Assembly: GCA_013239625.1 (NCBI GenBank)
Contig: MU053482.1
Coordinates: 3,805,922-3,869,921 of the forward strand
Length of the DNA: 64,000 nt
From: Lama guanicoe
Taxonomy: Eukaryota
Reading direction: 5' to 3'
Each line of letters starts with the position of its first letter. Positions within the stretch are counted from its first letter, which is position 1. The notes below the pieces were generated by a model. The model did not search any database, was not told the DNA's origin, and saw nothing but the letters and a program-made list of their open reading frames with translations. Position numbers and translations under genes: made by a program. Below are positions 1-11,509 of this stretch, piece after piece.

Positions 1-25
1 CTAGGAGACCTTGAACCTGTCTCAG

Positions 26-449
26 CCTGGGAGCCTCTTATAATAGCTCAGCCTGGATCCGAGACAATCTAGTACAGTTTGCCTTGGACCTGGAGCTGGC
101 AGACCGGGCAGTCTATGGGGCAGAGGAAGGCAAAGCATTGGCGATCAGGACTGATCCCGACGGCTGGGCCCTGGGCACCCTGGGGCCTGCATGCTCAGAT
201 CTGCATGAGAGTGTCGATGGGCCTGTGTCAGGCCTGTGGGAGAGACTGGCTGATGAGTCACAAGTCCCAGATGTGGAGCAGATGCTGCCGGCTGCTCTGA
301 GCAGCTTGTCAGTAGATCTGACCACGCCTGGACCAGCTGTCAGGCTCAGGCCACTGGCCCCATTCCTAGCATACAGAGAGCCTAAGAACTTTCTCCTCTG
401 TGAGCGTTCACCCTGTGAAATGTTTCAAAGCCCCACAGAACCACATTGG
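26..449 (+). CDS. Candidate coding exon, unidentified protein
   Basis: Frame open 15-494 (160 codons) with coding-like codon use (many CTG/GAG/GAC/GCC); possible acceptor ctcag|C at 25/26 and donor TGG|gtgagc at 449/450. No homolog recognised. Confidence 0.3.
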
Positions 450-709
450 GTGAGCAAGTGTATTCTCAGCGCCAGGCTTTACAAGTTGATTTTATGACGC
501 ATCTGGGCAGAAGGCGAAACTCCCCAGTCATTAACTCACTTCCCCTTGTGGGTGAATTCCACAATGAGTCGCTCATCTGAGCCATGGAACGATCTTCTCC
601 AGCACACATAGACCTGTCTGTCAGTGTACATTTGGCTGCTCAGATAAATCCTTGGCACCTCATAGGATGTCCTGGGTTCACCTCTGAGACCACGTGCTTT
701 TTCTTGCAG

Positions 710-826
710 GGAACTTTGCTGGCTGCTTCCTGGAACAGGCTGGGACACAAGGATGATGTTCTGTGGATAAAGCTGTGTGTGTGGCCGGCAAGGCCTAGAA
801 CACACATCTGGATGCTTAACCCCTAG
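710..826 (+). CDS. Candidate terminal coding exon, phase-compatible with 26-449
   Basis: Acceptor gctttttcttgcag|G at 709/710; phase-0 reading GTLLAASWNRLG...MLNP* ends at TAG 824-826; AATAAA at 1475-1480. Confidence 0.2.
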   Translation, partial: GTLLAASWNRLGHKDDVLWIKLCVWPARPRTHIWMLNP

Positions 827-881
827 TTTACCATGGCAGCTTGATGGCTTAATCCGTCCTCTGCTTGTGTCTGTCCTTTTA

Positions 882-1325
882 TTATTTATATATTTTTTAG
901 TTCTCTTTTTTTAAATTGAAGTATAGTTGACTTACACTATTGTTTTATTTTCAAGTGTGCAGCAACGTGATTCAGTTTACACATACGTATGTATACATTT
1001 GATTCTTTTCCATTATAGGTTATTATAAGATATTGAATCTAGTTCCCTATGCTATACAGTAAACCCTTTTGTTTATTTTGTATGTAGTATTTTATATCTG
1101 TTAATCCCATACTTCTAGTTTATCCTTCCCCACTTCCTCTTTGGTAACCATAAGTTTGTTTGCTACGCCTGAGAGCCTGTTTCTGTTTTGCAGTAAGTTT
1201 ACTTGTATTATTTTTTAGATCTCACTTATAAGGGATACAATGTTTGTCTTTTTCTGTCTGAGTTCCTTCACTCAGTATGATAAACTCTAAGTCAATCCAT
1301 ACTGCTGCAAATGGCAATATTTCGC
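882..1325 (-). mobile_element. LINE-1 3' end, 5'-truncated
   Basis: Antisense L1 3'UTR (ttgaagtatagttgacttac...ccatactgctgcaaatggc), T-rich tail on left, TSD gtcctttta at 873-881 and 1326-1334. Confidence 0.9.
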
Positions 1326-1744
1326 GTCCTTTTAAATTCCAGCTTAATGGCCACAGGCTCTAGGCTTCTTCTATGGTCTTAAAATAAGGCTCTGACCATG
1401 TCTCCAAAGGAGGGCCCCTGAAGCAAACGCTGTGACCTGCTGCCAAGGCTGGCAGAAAGAGACACAGTGCTGGAAATAAACGCAGGGTGTTTGCTTACAG
1501 ATTCTTCACCACATCATGAGTGAGTCAGATGACTTCTCACCCCAGATTCTGTTTTTACCGACTTTCCTACTCAGAGGCGGGGTGGGAGGATTGTATAAAG
1601 CTTAAAATATATCTCCCAATTATCTCCTTTTGTCTTTTGGGTTTTAATGTAGAATCAGGATTCTTTCATTCTTTGACGCAGCTAGGAATTATTTTTGACT
1701 TTCCCATTTGCCTTCTGCTTTAATTCATACTTGGTTGCAGAAAG

Positions 1745-1860
1745 AGCCCTAGGGAGCAAGTCAAGAGACTTCAGTCAAGTCTCTGCTCAGCGTGTCTGTT
1801 CCTGGGATTTGGGGCAAGTCAGCCCACCTCCCTGAGCTTCAGTTCCCTTGTTGGCAACGT
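1745..1860 (+). mobile_element. MIR SINE fragment
   Basis: Degenerate MIR core (ggggcaagtc...ctgagcttcagttccc). Confidence 0.55.
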
Positions 1861-2174
1861 GGGCGTCAGTTCCCCAAGGAAGCCGTGAGCATCCCTTGGG
1901 CAGATGCCAGGGTCTGAACCTCTGCCCTTCATCCTTTGCCTCCCAACTTGTTATGACAGCAGATTAGATCACTCCTGGAAGTGCTTAGAAAACCAAAATG
2001 CTACATTTCTGAGAATAACCATTATTACCATACACTGTGTTTTAAAAAAAATCAGTTTTTCTTCTCTTCAGCCTTCAGTATCTCAGGCAAATCATTTCAC
2101 TCTGGCCTCCCCAGGCTGGACCAACCCGTTAAGTCCATTTCTAGCATCGTTGTTTTTAGAGTGGTGTATAAGTT

Positions 2175-2510
2175 CTTTTATTTTTATTGTTGTGAAATAT
2201 ATATAACACAAAATTTGCCACCGTAACCATTTTTAGGTGTGTCAGTGGCATTAAATATATTCACATTGTTGTGCAGCCATCGTCATCATCCACCTCCAGA
2301 ATTTTTTCATCTTCCCAAACTGAAACTCTATGCTCGTAGAGCAATATCTCCCCATCCCGCTTCCCCCAGCCCCCGACAGCCACCGCTCTACTTTCTAAAA
2401 GTTGACTTTGATGACTCTAGGTACGTCATACAAGCAGAATCACATAGTATTTGTCCTTTTGTGTCTGACTAATTTCACTTAGCATAATGTCCTTCAGGCT
2501 CATCCATGTC
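2175..2510 (-). mobile_element. Old LINE-1 (L1MA/MB-like) 3' end
   Basis: Antisense L1 3'UTR motifs (aaaatttgccaccgtaaccattttt...tttcacttagcataatgtcc). Confidence 0.85.
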
Positions 2511-3999
2511 TGCTTCTTTTCAGAGAGAGAAAATTTCCAGAAACTTTTAAGCAATAGTTAAAAAAAAAAACAAACAACGTTTTCTCCCAGAAACTATTGT
2601 AAATTAGGCAGGAAAGGCTGAATGGACATATCCACTTATTTGATTGTGCTGTTTATAGCTGTAAAGTTACTTTCTTAAATAAGAAATAAAACACACTGTG
2701 TATGTTTGTCTGGGTCTCAGCTTGGAGGAGCTAAGCGAGATGCCACATCTGACGTGTGTTGCTGGGCAACAGCCTTCCTCCCGGGTGTTAATTTGTATCT
2801 GATGTTCTACCTGGGGAGGGAAGAACTCCAAAGAAAGAAACCGGGTCCACTAAGGGGCTTCAGGCATTGTGAATCACAGCTGATAGTTTGAGGGGTTCGG
2901 ACAAAAGCCATGTTTCAGGAAGGCAATTTGGCCCCTTCCGGGAGAATTCTCTGAAAGGGAAAGATGTAGGCTGGCATGGTAAGCCAGCCCCAGCAGTGGG
3001 GACCGGGCACCTGAGGGGAGCAGCTTTGAGACTCCAGAGCACCCTGGGAGGAAGACATAGGTGTGAAAATTAGAAGACCTGATTGACTAAACACTTTAGT
3101 CGGGAGGCCTGAGCTTATTCCTGTTCATCTGTAAGCCCTCCTGAGAGACTTTGGAAAGTCCTGAGGAGAACTTTGTAAGACACTGCAATTCTTGACTGAC
3201 TGAAGGAGGGGAGCCAAGCCAATGGGATTCAGATATTAATGCAAATGCAGCCCTAATTGTTCCTCCTGGCTGGCCAGGGTCAGGAACCTTCAGGTTATAC
3301 ATGATCTGTTAATAACAGAATGATGATGTGGTTTATTCCAACAAATTACCAATTTATTAATCTCTCTTAATTTAAAATGTTTGTTTCCAGCAGAGCGACA
3401 ATTTACTAGTACGGACCGACCATGCCTCTTAACTTTTGGCTCGTTTATGAAACTCAGGGACTTTGAGAACAGATGACATCATCATCATTATATTCTGCTT
3501 TCTGGATTTAGTCACGTTTTCTGAAAACAAAAAGACACTGAGAAAATGGGATTCAAGAGAGCCTCGAAGCCTGTAGTACATAACTTCTCTGCGTGGAAGT
3601 TTGTCAAATCAATCCCCACTTCTGAATGGCGGCACTACTGGCGGTTTCTACTTCTCTCAATGTTCCATCCATTGTTGTCCTTGGCTGCTGGGAACTGAAG
3701 GGTGTTTGCTCAGAAGTGACAGGCTGTTTTTGAGCCGCTCTATGTTAGTTTCCTTCAGGAACGTGTTTGGGTATTTCTACAAGTCATGTTGGTGGGTTTT
3801 AACAATGCCTGATCTCAAGAGAAATCTCAGAACGGTTCCATTCAGCCCTACTCAAGGACAGGCACTGGAGGGTATGACCTGTTCAAATCCTTATCCTCCC
3901 CTCAGTGGGGTTTATAAGTGTCCTGAGCCATTGGAAATTCCAGTTCCAACCCTTGGGGTTGGTTGGACTAGAGCTTCATCTGCTCTCTTTTCAACCGAA

Positions 4000-4720
4000 T
4001 TTTTCAACTCTTCGTTACAGAAATCTTCAAGCATTCACAAGAGAGAGAGCAGAGCCGTGATGTTTGCATGTTCATTATCTGGATTAAACTCTTGTTATCA
4101 TTTTGCCATATTTACTTTAATAGAAAGTTTTATATACGAGACACATCAAATTGTAGACTTTTCACTCCTAAATACTTCAGTATTCAGTATGCATCTCCTA
4201 AGAAGCTATTCTTCTACATAATAATACCATTATCACACCTAAGAAAATGAATAATAATTTGCTAATAGCATCTAATTTAAATTATATATTCAAATTTCCC
4301 CAACTATCCCCAACATGACTTTTTAATTGATACTTTAGAACTAGGATCCAATCAGAGTTAATGTGTTGCATTTTGTTGTCATGGTTTTTAATCTCTCTTA
4401 TTCTAAAGCAATTCCCTCACTTTTTTCTTTTAAATTACATTGGCATCTGAGGAGCCAGGCTAGTTGTCATGTAGAACGCCACATCTTCTGATTTGTCTGA
4501 TCATTTCCTTTTGGTGTTATTTAACTTTCTTTTTTTTGCTGGGGGAGGTAATTAGGTTTACTTACTTGTCTTTTTAATGGGGGTCCTGGGTTCATCTAGT
4601 TGACCATGCACTCTACCACTGAGCTATACCCTCACCCCTCTTAACTTTTTAATATTTTTTTTTCCTGTAAGCTGGAAATTAACTTTAAAAGCTTGATTAT
4701 ATTTGGTTAACAATTATGGT
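4000..4720 (-). mobile_element. Ancient L1M fragment, interrupted by a SINE
   Basis: Degenerate L1MC/ME-type 3' sequence (ataataccattatcacacctaagaaaa, attcaaatttccccaa). Confidence 0.6.
4529..4638 (-). mobile_element. Camelid tRNA-derived SINE (vic-1-like), rearranged
   Basis: Antisense head catgcactctaccactgagctataccctc and tail gggggaggtaattaggttt; ttaacttt on both sides. Confidence 0.85.
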
Positions 4721-5509
4721 AGAATCCTCACCTTTTATTTCTTTTTTTTTTTTTTGGTTAATGGACAGACATCATGACTTATTCCCTTATCAGTTTGCCT
4801 TTTGAATTTCAATAATTTCTCTCCTTTTTTCTCTCAAATAGCTTAGCTTTGGCAAAGTGCTTTTCTGTTGTTGTTCCCACAGCTATTACTCCTGAATGAT
4901 TTCATCAACCCATTTTGGAGTCTTTCTCTTTGTATTCCAGTATAACAATCCGAATCTTCTCTGGAGCCACGCACAATTCTCACAGGGGAGAAACAGAGTA
5001 CAAGGAAATGCAAAAGAGGAAAGCACCTCGAGTGTCGTTTAAGGGTTACTGTGCCGTGCCTTTAAAGAACAGTGTCACCTGCCGTGGCTAGGGGAGAAGT
5101 AAGGAAGCAGAGGTCTTGCCCCAGAGTTCTCACTCCACGGAGCTGGAGGGACACACTCTGCGGAATCCCAGACTGTTCTTGGATCTGTATTGTGTGGAAA
5201 TATGGGATTTCAGTCCTTTTTCAACACCAGGTTCCAAGGATAAGGCTCATTTTGTAGCCACTGACATGCTTTTGCAGAACCATTACCTTTGCCTTTTTTT
5301 CTGTGGACTCAGATCTCAGAGATTAGTAGAAGGATGCATTAACTGTGAAATTCATCTTGATTCTGAATAGAGTCTTATCATAGTCTCTAACTTTTTGTGA
5401 CTTTTCCAACAGTCTTGTGAAATCAGTAGGGAATGGGCCATTTGTTTCCATTCCAGGGGAAAAAGGATCAATCTTGAACGTTTTCTTTCTCTCTCTCTCT
5501 CTCTTTTTT

Positions 5510-5835
5510 TTTTCTTCAGTACAACAAATGTTTATTGAACTCTCATTGTACACAGGAGCTGTATTATTCAAAGCTAACTTGAGCCCACATGTTGTTAACC
5601 GCGGAGAAGACATGCAAACAGAGGGTGTCCCTGTAAAATGTCAGAGAGCAGTACAGGACGTCAAGGGGTCAAAAATGAAGGCATACCTCAGCCTGCCTGG
5701 AGGCGGTGAGGCTGAGCTAAGCCTTGAAGGATGAGCAAAAGCTCGATGCCAAATGGTGAGAGGAGTCCTTCTGGCTTGTTCACTGTGGTATTTCTAGCAT
5801 CTAGCACATGGTAGACATTCAATCCAGTGCATTCA
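5510..5835. mobile_element. L2 LINE fragments
   Basis: caacaaatgtttattgaac and cactgtggtatttctagcatctagcacatggtag match L2 3'-end motifs, in both orientations. Confidence 0.55.
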
Positions 5836-5914
5836 TAAAAGAAATTTCAGCAGAGGAAATGTTATAAGCACACACACAAAAAGGCCTGGGAAACTATAAA
5901 TAGTTCAGAATCAC

Positions 5915-6080
5915 CAGAAGATTAATCCTTACTCTTTATGGGCTCACAGACTCCTTTGAAAAACCAATGGAAGCCGTGGACCTACTCCCTAGTGAAAAAA
6001 ATATATACACTCAAAATTTTACAGATAATTTTAGAGCCTATATATATTCCTTAACCTTGTCCATATTAAGAATCTCTCTT
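5915..6080. mobile_element. hAT-Charlie-type DNA transposon fragment
   Basis: gggctcacagactcctttgaaaa...aaaattttacagataatttt...attaagaatctct resembles MER5C/Charlie MITEs. Confidence 0.5.
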
Positions 6081-6309
6081 GTAGGGAATTGGGAGCATTG
6101 AGGTTTTTAAAAACATACATTTGTTTCATTGTAAAGCAGGGAGTGACTGAAAATTACTTTTGGTGCATTGTGAAGAAAGGGTTTAAGGGAGATAATACTG
6201 GAGGCAGGAAATTCATGTAAGATGTTGCTGAAATAATCTGGGTAATAGATGATTCAGCCTGCGTTTTCCTAAAAGCTGCCAATATTACTATTTTGTTCCT
6301 ATAAGAATT

Positions 6310-6447
6310 CTTTTTTGGGAGTGCATAGGTAGTTAGGCTTATTTATTTATTATTTTATTCATTTATTTTTAATGGAGGTGCTGGGGATTGAACCCAGGAC
6401 TTTGTGCATGCTAAGCACGTGCTCTACCGCTGGGCTGTACTCTCCCC
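6310..6447 (-). mobile_element. Camelid tRNA-derived SINE (vic-1-like)
   Basis: Antisense tggaggtgctggggattgaacccaggac...gctctaccgctgggctgtactctcccc; TSD tgttcctataagaatt (6294-6309) / tgttcccataataatt (6448-6463). Confidence 0.93.
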
Positions 6448-7247
6448 TGTTCCCATAATAATTTTCTTCTTGCTGCTTCTGGCAGGCAGGGAGCAGTTAT
6501 AGTCCGAGGGGCATTTCTGTGCTCACAACTTTCTAATTTTCTTTGGAGTTTTGGAGGTTCCTCCTACTCCCAAAGAACCTAAGAGTAAATTTAATGAATA
6601 AATCTGTTATTTTTGAGAAAATCATTCTATTTACTCACTCCTTTCTTATTTTTGTTGTGAATTCCGAAACAATAGGGCCGAAGGTAAAAGGTATTAGGTC
6701 GAAAAGCTGTTACCAAATTGCAAAAACATTCTGGGTGTGGGCCCTGGATGGAATGCCCCTCTAGAAAGTTCTATTCTCTGTGTCAGCAGCAAAGAGAACG
6801 AATGTCTGGTCATTACTCTGTGTCCCACTTGCTTGCACTCTTTATTGGGTAATTTCTAAATTATAGCTCCAGCTGCTTCATATCGTATTGGACGCACTGT
6901 CATGAAGGATTATACAAATATTCCCTGATCGGTACAGTTTCGTTAAAAAGAAGCTCCTACCCAGGTGTTGAAATACAAGCACTGGGAGAAGTGTTCATTG
7001 AGTGATGTTGGGTGGCAGCCAGTAAGACCGGTGACTGGTGAGTGGTACAGCCCAGATTTGGAGTTAAGGTTGTTTCTTCTTTGTTATTGTAAAACTCATG
7101 GTTTGTTAACTGTGAAAATGATGCACATATTTCTATGAAGCTGTTTTCAAAAAACACATACGAAGGGATGACTGCACAAATGTGAATCGCTCTTCATGTG
7201 CACAGATGCAAAGACTGGTGACTTAGGGAGGCTGACAGCCACTTGGA

Positions 7248-7785
7248 GCAGTGCTTCTCAAACCTGAATATGCATGTGAAGTACTGGGGTGCTATGGGCT
7301 GAATGTTGGGGTCCCTCTAAAATTCATATGCTGAAATCTTAACCCCAAAGGTGATGATATTATGTAGTGGGACTTTTGGAGTTTCTTAGGCCATGAGGGT
7401 AAAACCCTCATGAATGGGATCAATGCCCTTATAAAAGAGACCCCACAGAACACCCTGGTCCCTTCCAGCATGTCAGGACACAGCAAAAAGACAGCTGTCT
7501 ATGAACCAGGAAGTGGGCTATCACCAGACAATGAATTTGCTGGTTCCTTGATCTTAGACTTTCCAGACTCCAGAACTATGAGTGATGAATTTCTGGTGTT
7601 TATAACCCCCCAGTTTATGGTACTTTGTTATAGTGGCCTGAATGAACTAAGACACTGGGCATCTTTTTAAAATGCAAATTCTGATTCAGTAGATCTGGGG
7701 TGGGGCCTGAGAGTTAGCACTTCTAACAAGCTCCAGGGTGACGTTGATGCTGCTGGTCCAGAGACCACACCTGGAGGAGCAAGGT
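7248..7785. mobile_element. MER5A-like hAT MITE, split by an MLT1A LTR
   Basis: cagtgcttctcaaac start; ctgattcagtagatctggggtggggcctgag...ctaacaagctcc...gctgctggtcc body resumes after 7654. Confidence 0.85.
7290..7654 (+). mobile_element. MaLR solo LTR (MLT1A-like)
   Basis: TG...CA termini (tgctatgggctgaatg...aactaagaca), flanked by ctggg(g/c). Confidence 0.9.
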
Positions 7786-7854
7786 CCTAGGGAGCCTCTA
7801 CGAGGAAGTGCCTTGATACCATTATGGTCTGTCCTTGGCTTTGCAAGCCCAGAG

Positions 7855-9430
7855 TGGTATATTCTGAACCTCTCATCTGCAATTTTGAAATCCAGAAGCT
7901 CGGAAAACTAAAAGCACTTTTGTAATTCCTTTGGAGGCAAAATCTGAACTCGTGTGAGGCTATTTACAATCCTTTTTCCTATTTTGTATGAATATTAATG
8001 TTTTTATTCTAAAAATATTGATGTATTTGATTCTGGGAAGATGCTTTAAACTGTGCTGGGGGTGTAATTTTTATTTATTGAAGTATAGTTGATTTACAAT
8101 GTGTTAGTTTCAGGTATACAGCAAAGTGATTCAGTTATATATATATGTGTATATATATACATATATATACATTCTTGTACATACACATATATATACATTG
8201 TTTCTCAGATTCTTTTCCATTATAGGTTTATAAGATATTGAATATAGTTCCCTGTGCTATACAGTAGGTCCTTGTTATTTATCTATTTTCTATATAGTAG
8301 TGCATATATGTTAATACTAAACTTCTAATTTATCCTTCCCCTGCCCCTTTCCCTGTTTATAACCATAAGTTTGTTTTCTATATTTGTGAGTCTATTTCTG
8401 TTTTATAAATAAGTTCATTAGTCTCGTTTTTTTTTTAAGATTCCACATATGAGTGAGATCATATATTTGTCTTTCTCTGACTTCACTTAGTATGATAATT
8501 TCTAGGTCCATTCATGTAGCTGTAAATTGCATTATTTCATTTTTTATGGTTGAGTAGTATTTCATAGTATATACATACCACATTTTCTTTATCCACTCAT
8601 CTGTTGATGGACATTTAGGTTGCTTCCATGTGTTGGCTGTTGTAAATAGTGCTACTATGAACGTTGGGGTGTATGTATCTCTTTGAATTAGAGATTTCTC
8701 TTGATTTATGCCTAGGAGTGGGATCAGTGGATCATATAGTAACTCTGTTTTTAGTTTTTAACAGAACCTTCATACTGTTCTTCATACTGGCTGCACCAAT
8801 TTACATTCTCACCAACAGTGTAGGAAGGCTCTTTTTTCTCCACACCCTCTCCAGCGTTTATTATTTGTAGCGTTTTTAATGATGGCCATTCTGACTGGTG
8901 TGTGGTGATACCTTACTGTGGTTTTGATTTGCATTTCTCTAGTAATTAGTGATGTTGAGCATCTTTTCATATGCCTGTTGGCCATCTGTATGTCTTCTTT
9001 GGGGAAATGTCTACTTGGGTGTTTTGCCCATTTTAACTGGGTTATTTTTCTGACGTTAAGCTGTATGAGCTGTTTGTATATTTTGGAAATTAATCCCTTG
9101 TCAGTCACATTGCAAATATTTTCTCCCATTCTGTAGGCTGTCTTTTTGTTTTGTTTATGGTTTCCTTTGCTGTGCAAAACTTTTAAGTTTAATTAGGTCC
9201 AACTTGTTTATTTTTGCTTTTATTTCCAGTACTCTAGGAGACAGATCCAAAAAAATATTGCTGCAATTTCTGCCTAATGTTTTCCTCTAGGAGTTTAAGA
9301 GTATCTGGTCTTAACATTTACGTTTTGAATTTTTGTGTGTTACATGTGTGTGTGATGTGGGTTATGGGTGTGATGTTATGTGAGGTACATGGCCATATTT
9401 TAGAATATAAAAAATTCCAAATTCTGTGAG
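7855..9430. mobile_element. MER46C/Tigger-type DNA transposon, split by L1
   Basis: ttgaaatccagaagctcggaaaact...gctgggggtgt on the left; ccatattttagaatataaaaaattccaaattctg on the right of the L1. Confidence 0.6.
8066..9340 (-). mobile_element. LINE-1, ORF2 C-terminus remnant plus 3'UTR
   Basis: ORF 8809-9177(-) gives [12 protein letters not shown]...[27 protein letters not shown], typical of L1 ORF2; disrupted. Confidence 0.95.
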
Positions 9431-10008
9431 TTTGGGGCAGTTTGGGGGTGCTTGCCCCATCCATTCTACAATTTTCCTTCTCCTTCTAGGAATTATTTTC
9501 AACTTCATGGAGCAGACCCTGTCCTCCTGCTCCCAGCTCCCCTCACCAGTCAGAGAGGATTTGATCAGGGTGGATACCTGACCCGAACTGGGCCAATTGG
9601 ATTCTGTTTACAGGAATTTAGAACTGGGACTCACAGATGCTTGTCTCCTTTGGTTGCTGGTGCTGAGGCAGGTGAGAGGTAGCCTTCTTCTGCTGCATGT
9701 CTGAGACGTGGAGGAAGTCCATCTGTAGAGCGAAAAAAAATGAAGCAGGTGTGAAGAGGAAAACAGAAATGAGGTCCACGCTTCCTGAGAGTGTGAGGAA
9801 CAAGAGGGCAGTTGCGGGTATGTGAGATGCAGACCAAGAGCAAGGGCAGCAGCTTCGGGTCTGACTGCTTTCTTGTTTCTGAGTCTAGTCCTAACTGCCC
9901 TGTCTGCCCTTGAGTTCTGGGACATACCACTACCATCTTATAATAAATTCCTGCATCCTGCTAATGCTACCTAAACTGGGTTTCATTGAATTGCCTTAAC
10001 TAAAACAC
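9430..10008 (+). mobile_element. Ancient ERVL-type LTR (LTR33-like)
   Basis: acctgacccgaactgggccaat motif; aataaattcc...actgggtttc near the 3' end. Confidence 0.6.
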
Positions 10009-11509
10009 CGACACAGCTATTTTTAGTGCAGTAAAAATATTTTTTTAGACTCTGGAGAATGGACAAGCAAGTCAAATTCCCAAGAGAACGCTGATTTGTT
10101 AATTTCCATGCAGAGTAACTGCCAGTAGGACCAGAATACGCCCACTTGCGGGTCAGCCTGTCCTCTCCCGGTGGGAAAATCTACACGAAAAGCCACATTA
10201 TAATGAGAAGGCAGCTTGATGAGTGCCGGCAGAACCAGCTAATTAGGGGATCTGAGCAGACTGTCTCCACACAAGGATGGCCCAAGGCCCATTCCCCCAC
10301 TTTGGGATGTGTGAAACTGCCACGTGGTGTACATGTGTGTGTGTGCTAGGGCACACTTGGAAAACAGGCCAACTCACGAAAGCCAGTTCACCCATAAGCC
10401 AAGTCAGCTAGTTAGCCATTTACCTAAAATGAGGATTTATGAAAACATATCGTGTGTCACGGAATGGTTTCCACAGCTTTCTCAGTATTTTCCCCCTAAG
10501 GTAACTGGTAACTGTTCTATGTTATACAGTTCTGTTCCCTATTTTTCCTTCTCTCTTCCCTTTCTGTGTCCCCCACTCCTCCCTACTCTCCTTCCATTTC
10601 TTCTTCCCCTTCTCCCTCATTCCTCTCTCTTCTACCCCTATTTCAAAGATAATTTTGCCCACTGATCTAAAGTTGTTCACTTTCTCATCTTCATCCACCC
10701 TTCACACCCACCCGCCACCACATAGTCTCCTAGAACCCAAGACTGGAGGTTGGATCTTCAGAGGTGAGCTGGTTAAGACCAGAAATAGTGCCCAATGTAG
10801 AAAATGGGCAGAGCAAATCTGGAGTGTAAGGTGAGGATGTTGAAGGGGGAGCCGAAGGCCAGGAACCAGACACTCCGGGTGACTTGAAACACCAAGATCA
10901 GAGCAGCAGATGCAGGACTGGTCAACATGAAATCAAACCAGGAGGCTGAGATGGCACAAGACACTGAACTGAAGGGAGAACAGGCCAGAAGCAAGTGAAG
11001 AGATAATAACAGCTGTTCTGTATTTCCATTGCCCACTAACTATATTGGACGTTTCTCTTTCTTTAAAATTGTATTATGTGCCTTTTGGAAATTTTTGTGC
11101 AGTGTTGAGTTTGCATAAATCTGAAGTTGCTCAACTCAGGAGGTGTTTTGTTTATGATTCATTGACTTCATTCCTTTTTTTTTTAAACAGCTCCTTCCTG
11201 CTGCTTGTTGTCTGCTTCTCAGACATTTGTGTACTAGATTTCATTATTAAGCAACTTAACCCAAATCCAATGTTTATTGCTCTGTAGTGAGGCATTTCCG
11301 TGTTGACAGGGAGAGTGGAAAACTGAGACAACTTAATAAGAAACATACAAAGCTCTATGGCACTTTATATTTTGTGACACCTAAATGATGAAGTAATATT
11401 ACTGGACTACAAATATTAACTCACACATTATCTTTAAAGTTTCTTTTAATCAAATAAAGCCAGTTTTAACCCAAAAATGTTTTTTTCCACCATAATAATG
11501 GTATATATT

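Noticed and set aside
70..415. Minus-strand frame with WD40-like words (LLHIWDL, SPDRQCFA)
   Set aside because: Several in-frame stops and only short motif resemblance; it is the antisense frame of the + strand candidate.
3601..4221. 206-aa ORF
   Set aside because: Non-ATG start, runs into an antisense L1M relic, no recognisable domain.
6579..6760. Minus-strand exon pair (donor GA|gtgagt at 6639/6638)
   Set aside because: Weak acceptor tract, implied intron only ~60 nt, no meaningful peptide.
8809..9177. L1 ORF2-like ORFs (also 16881-18096, 31664-31846, 52927-53949) as functional genes
   Set aside because: Fragments of 5'-truncated L1 copies with stops and frameshifts; no ORF1 or intact ORF2.
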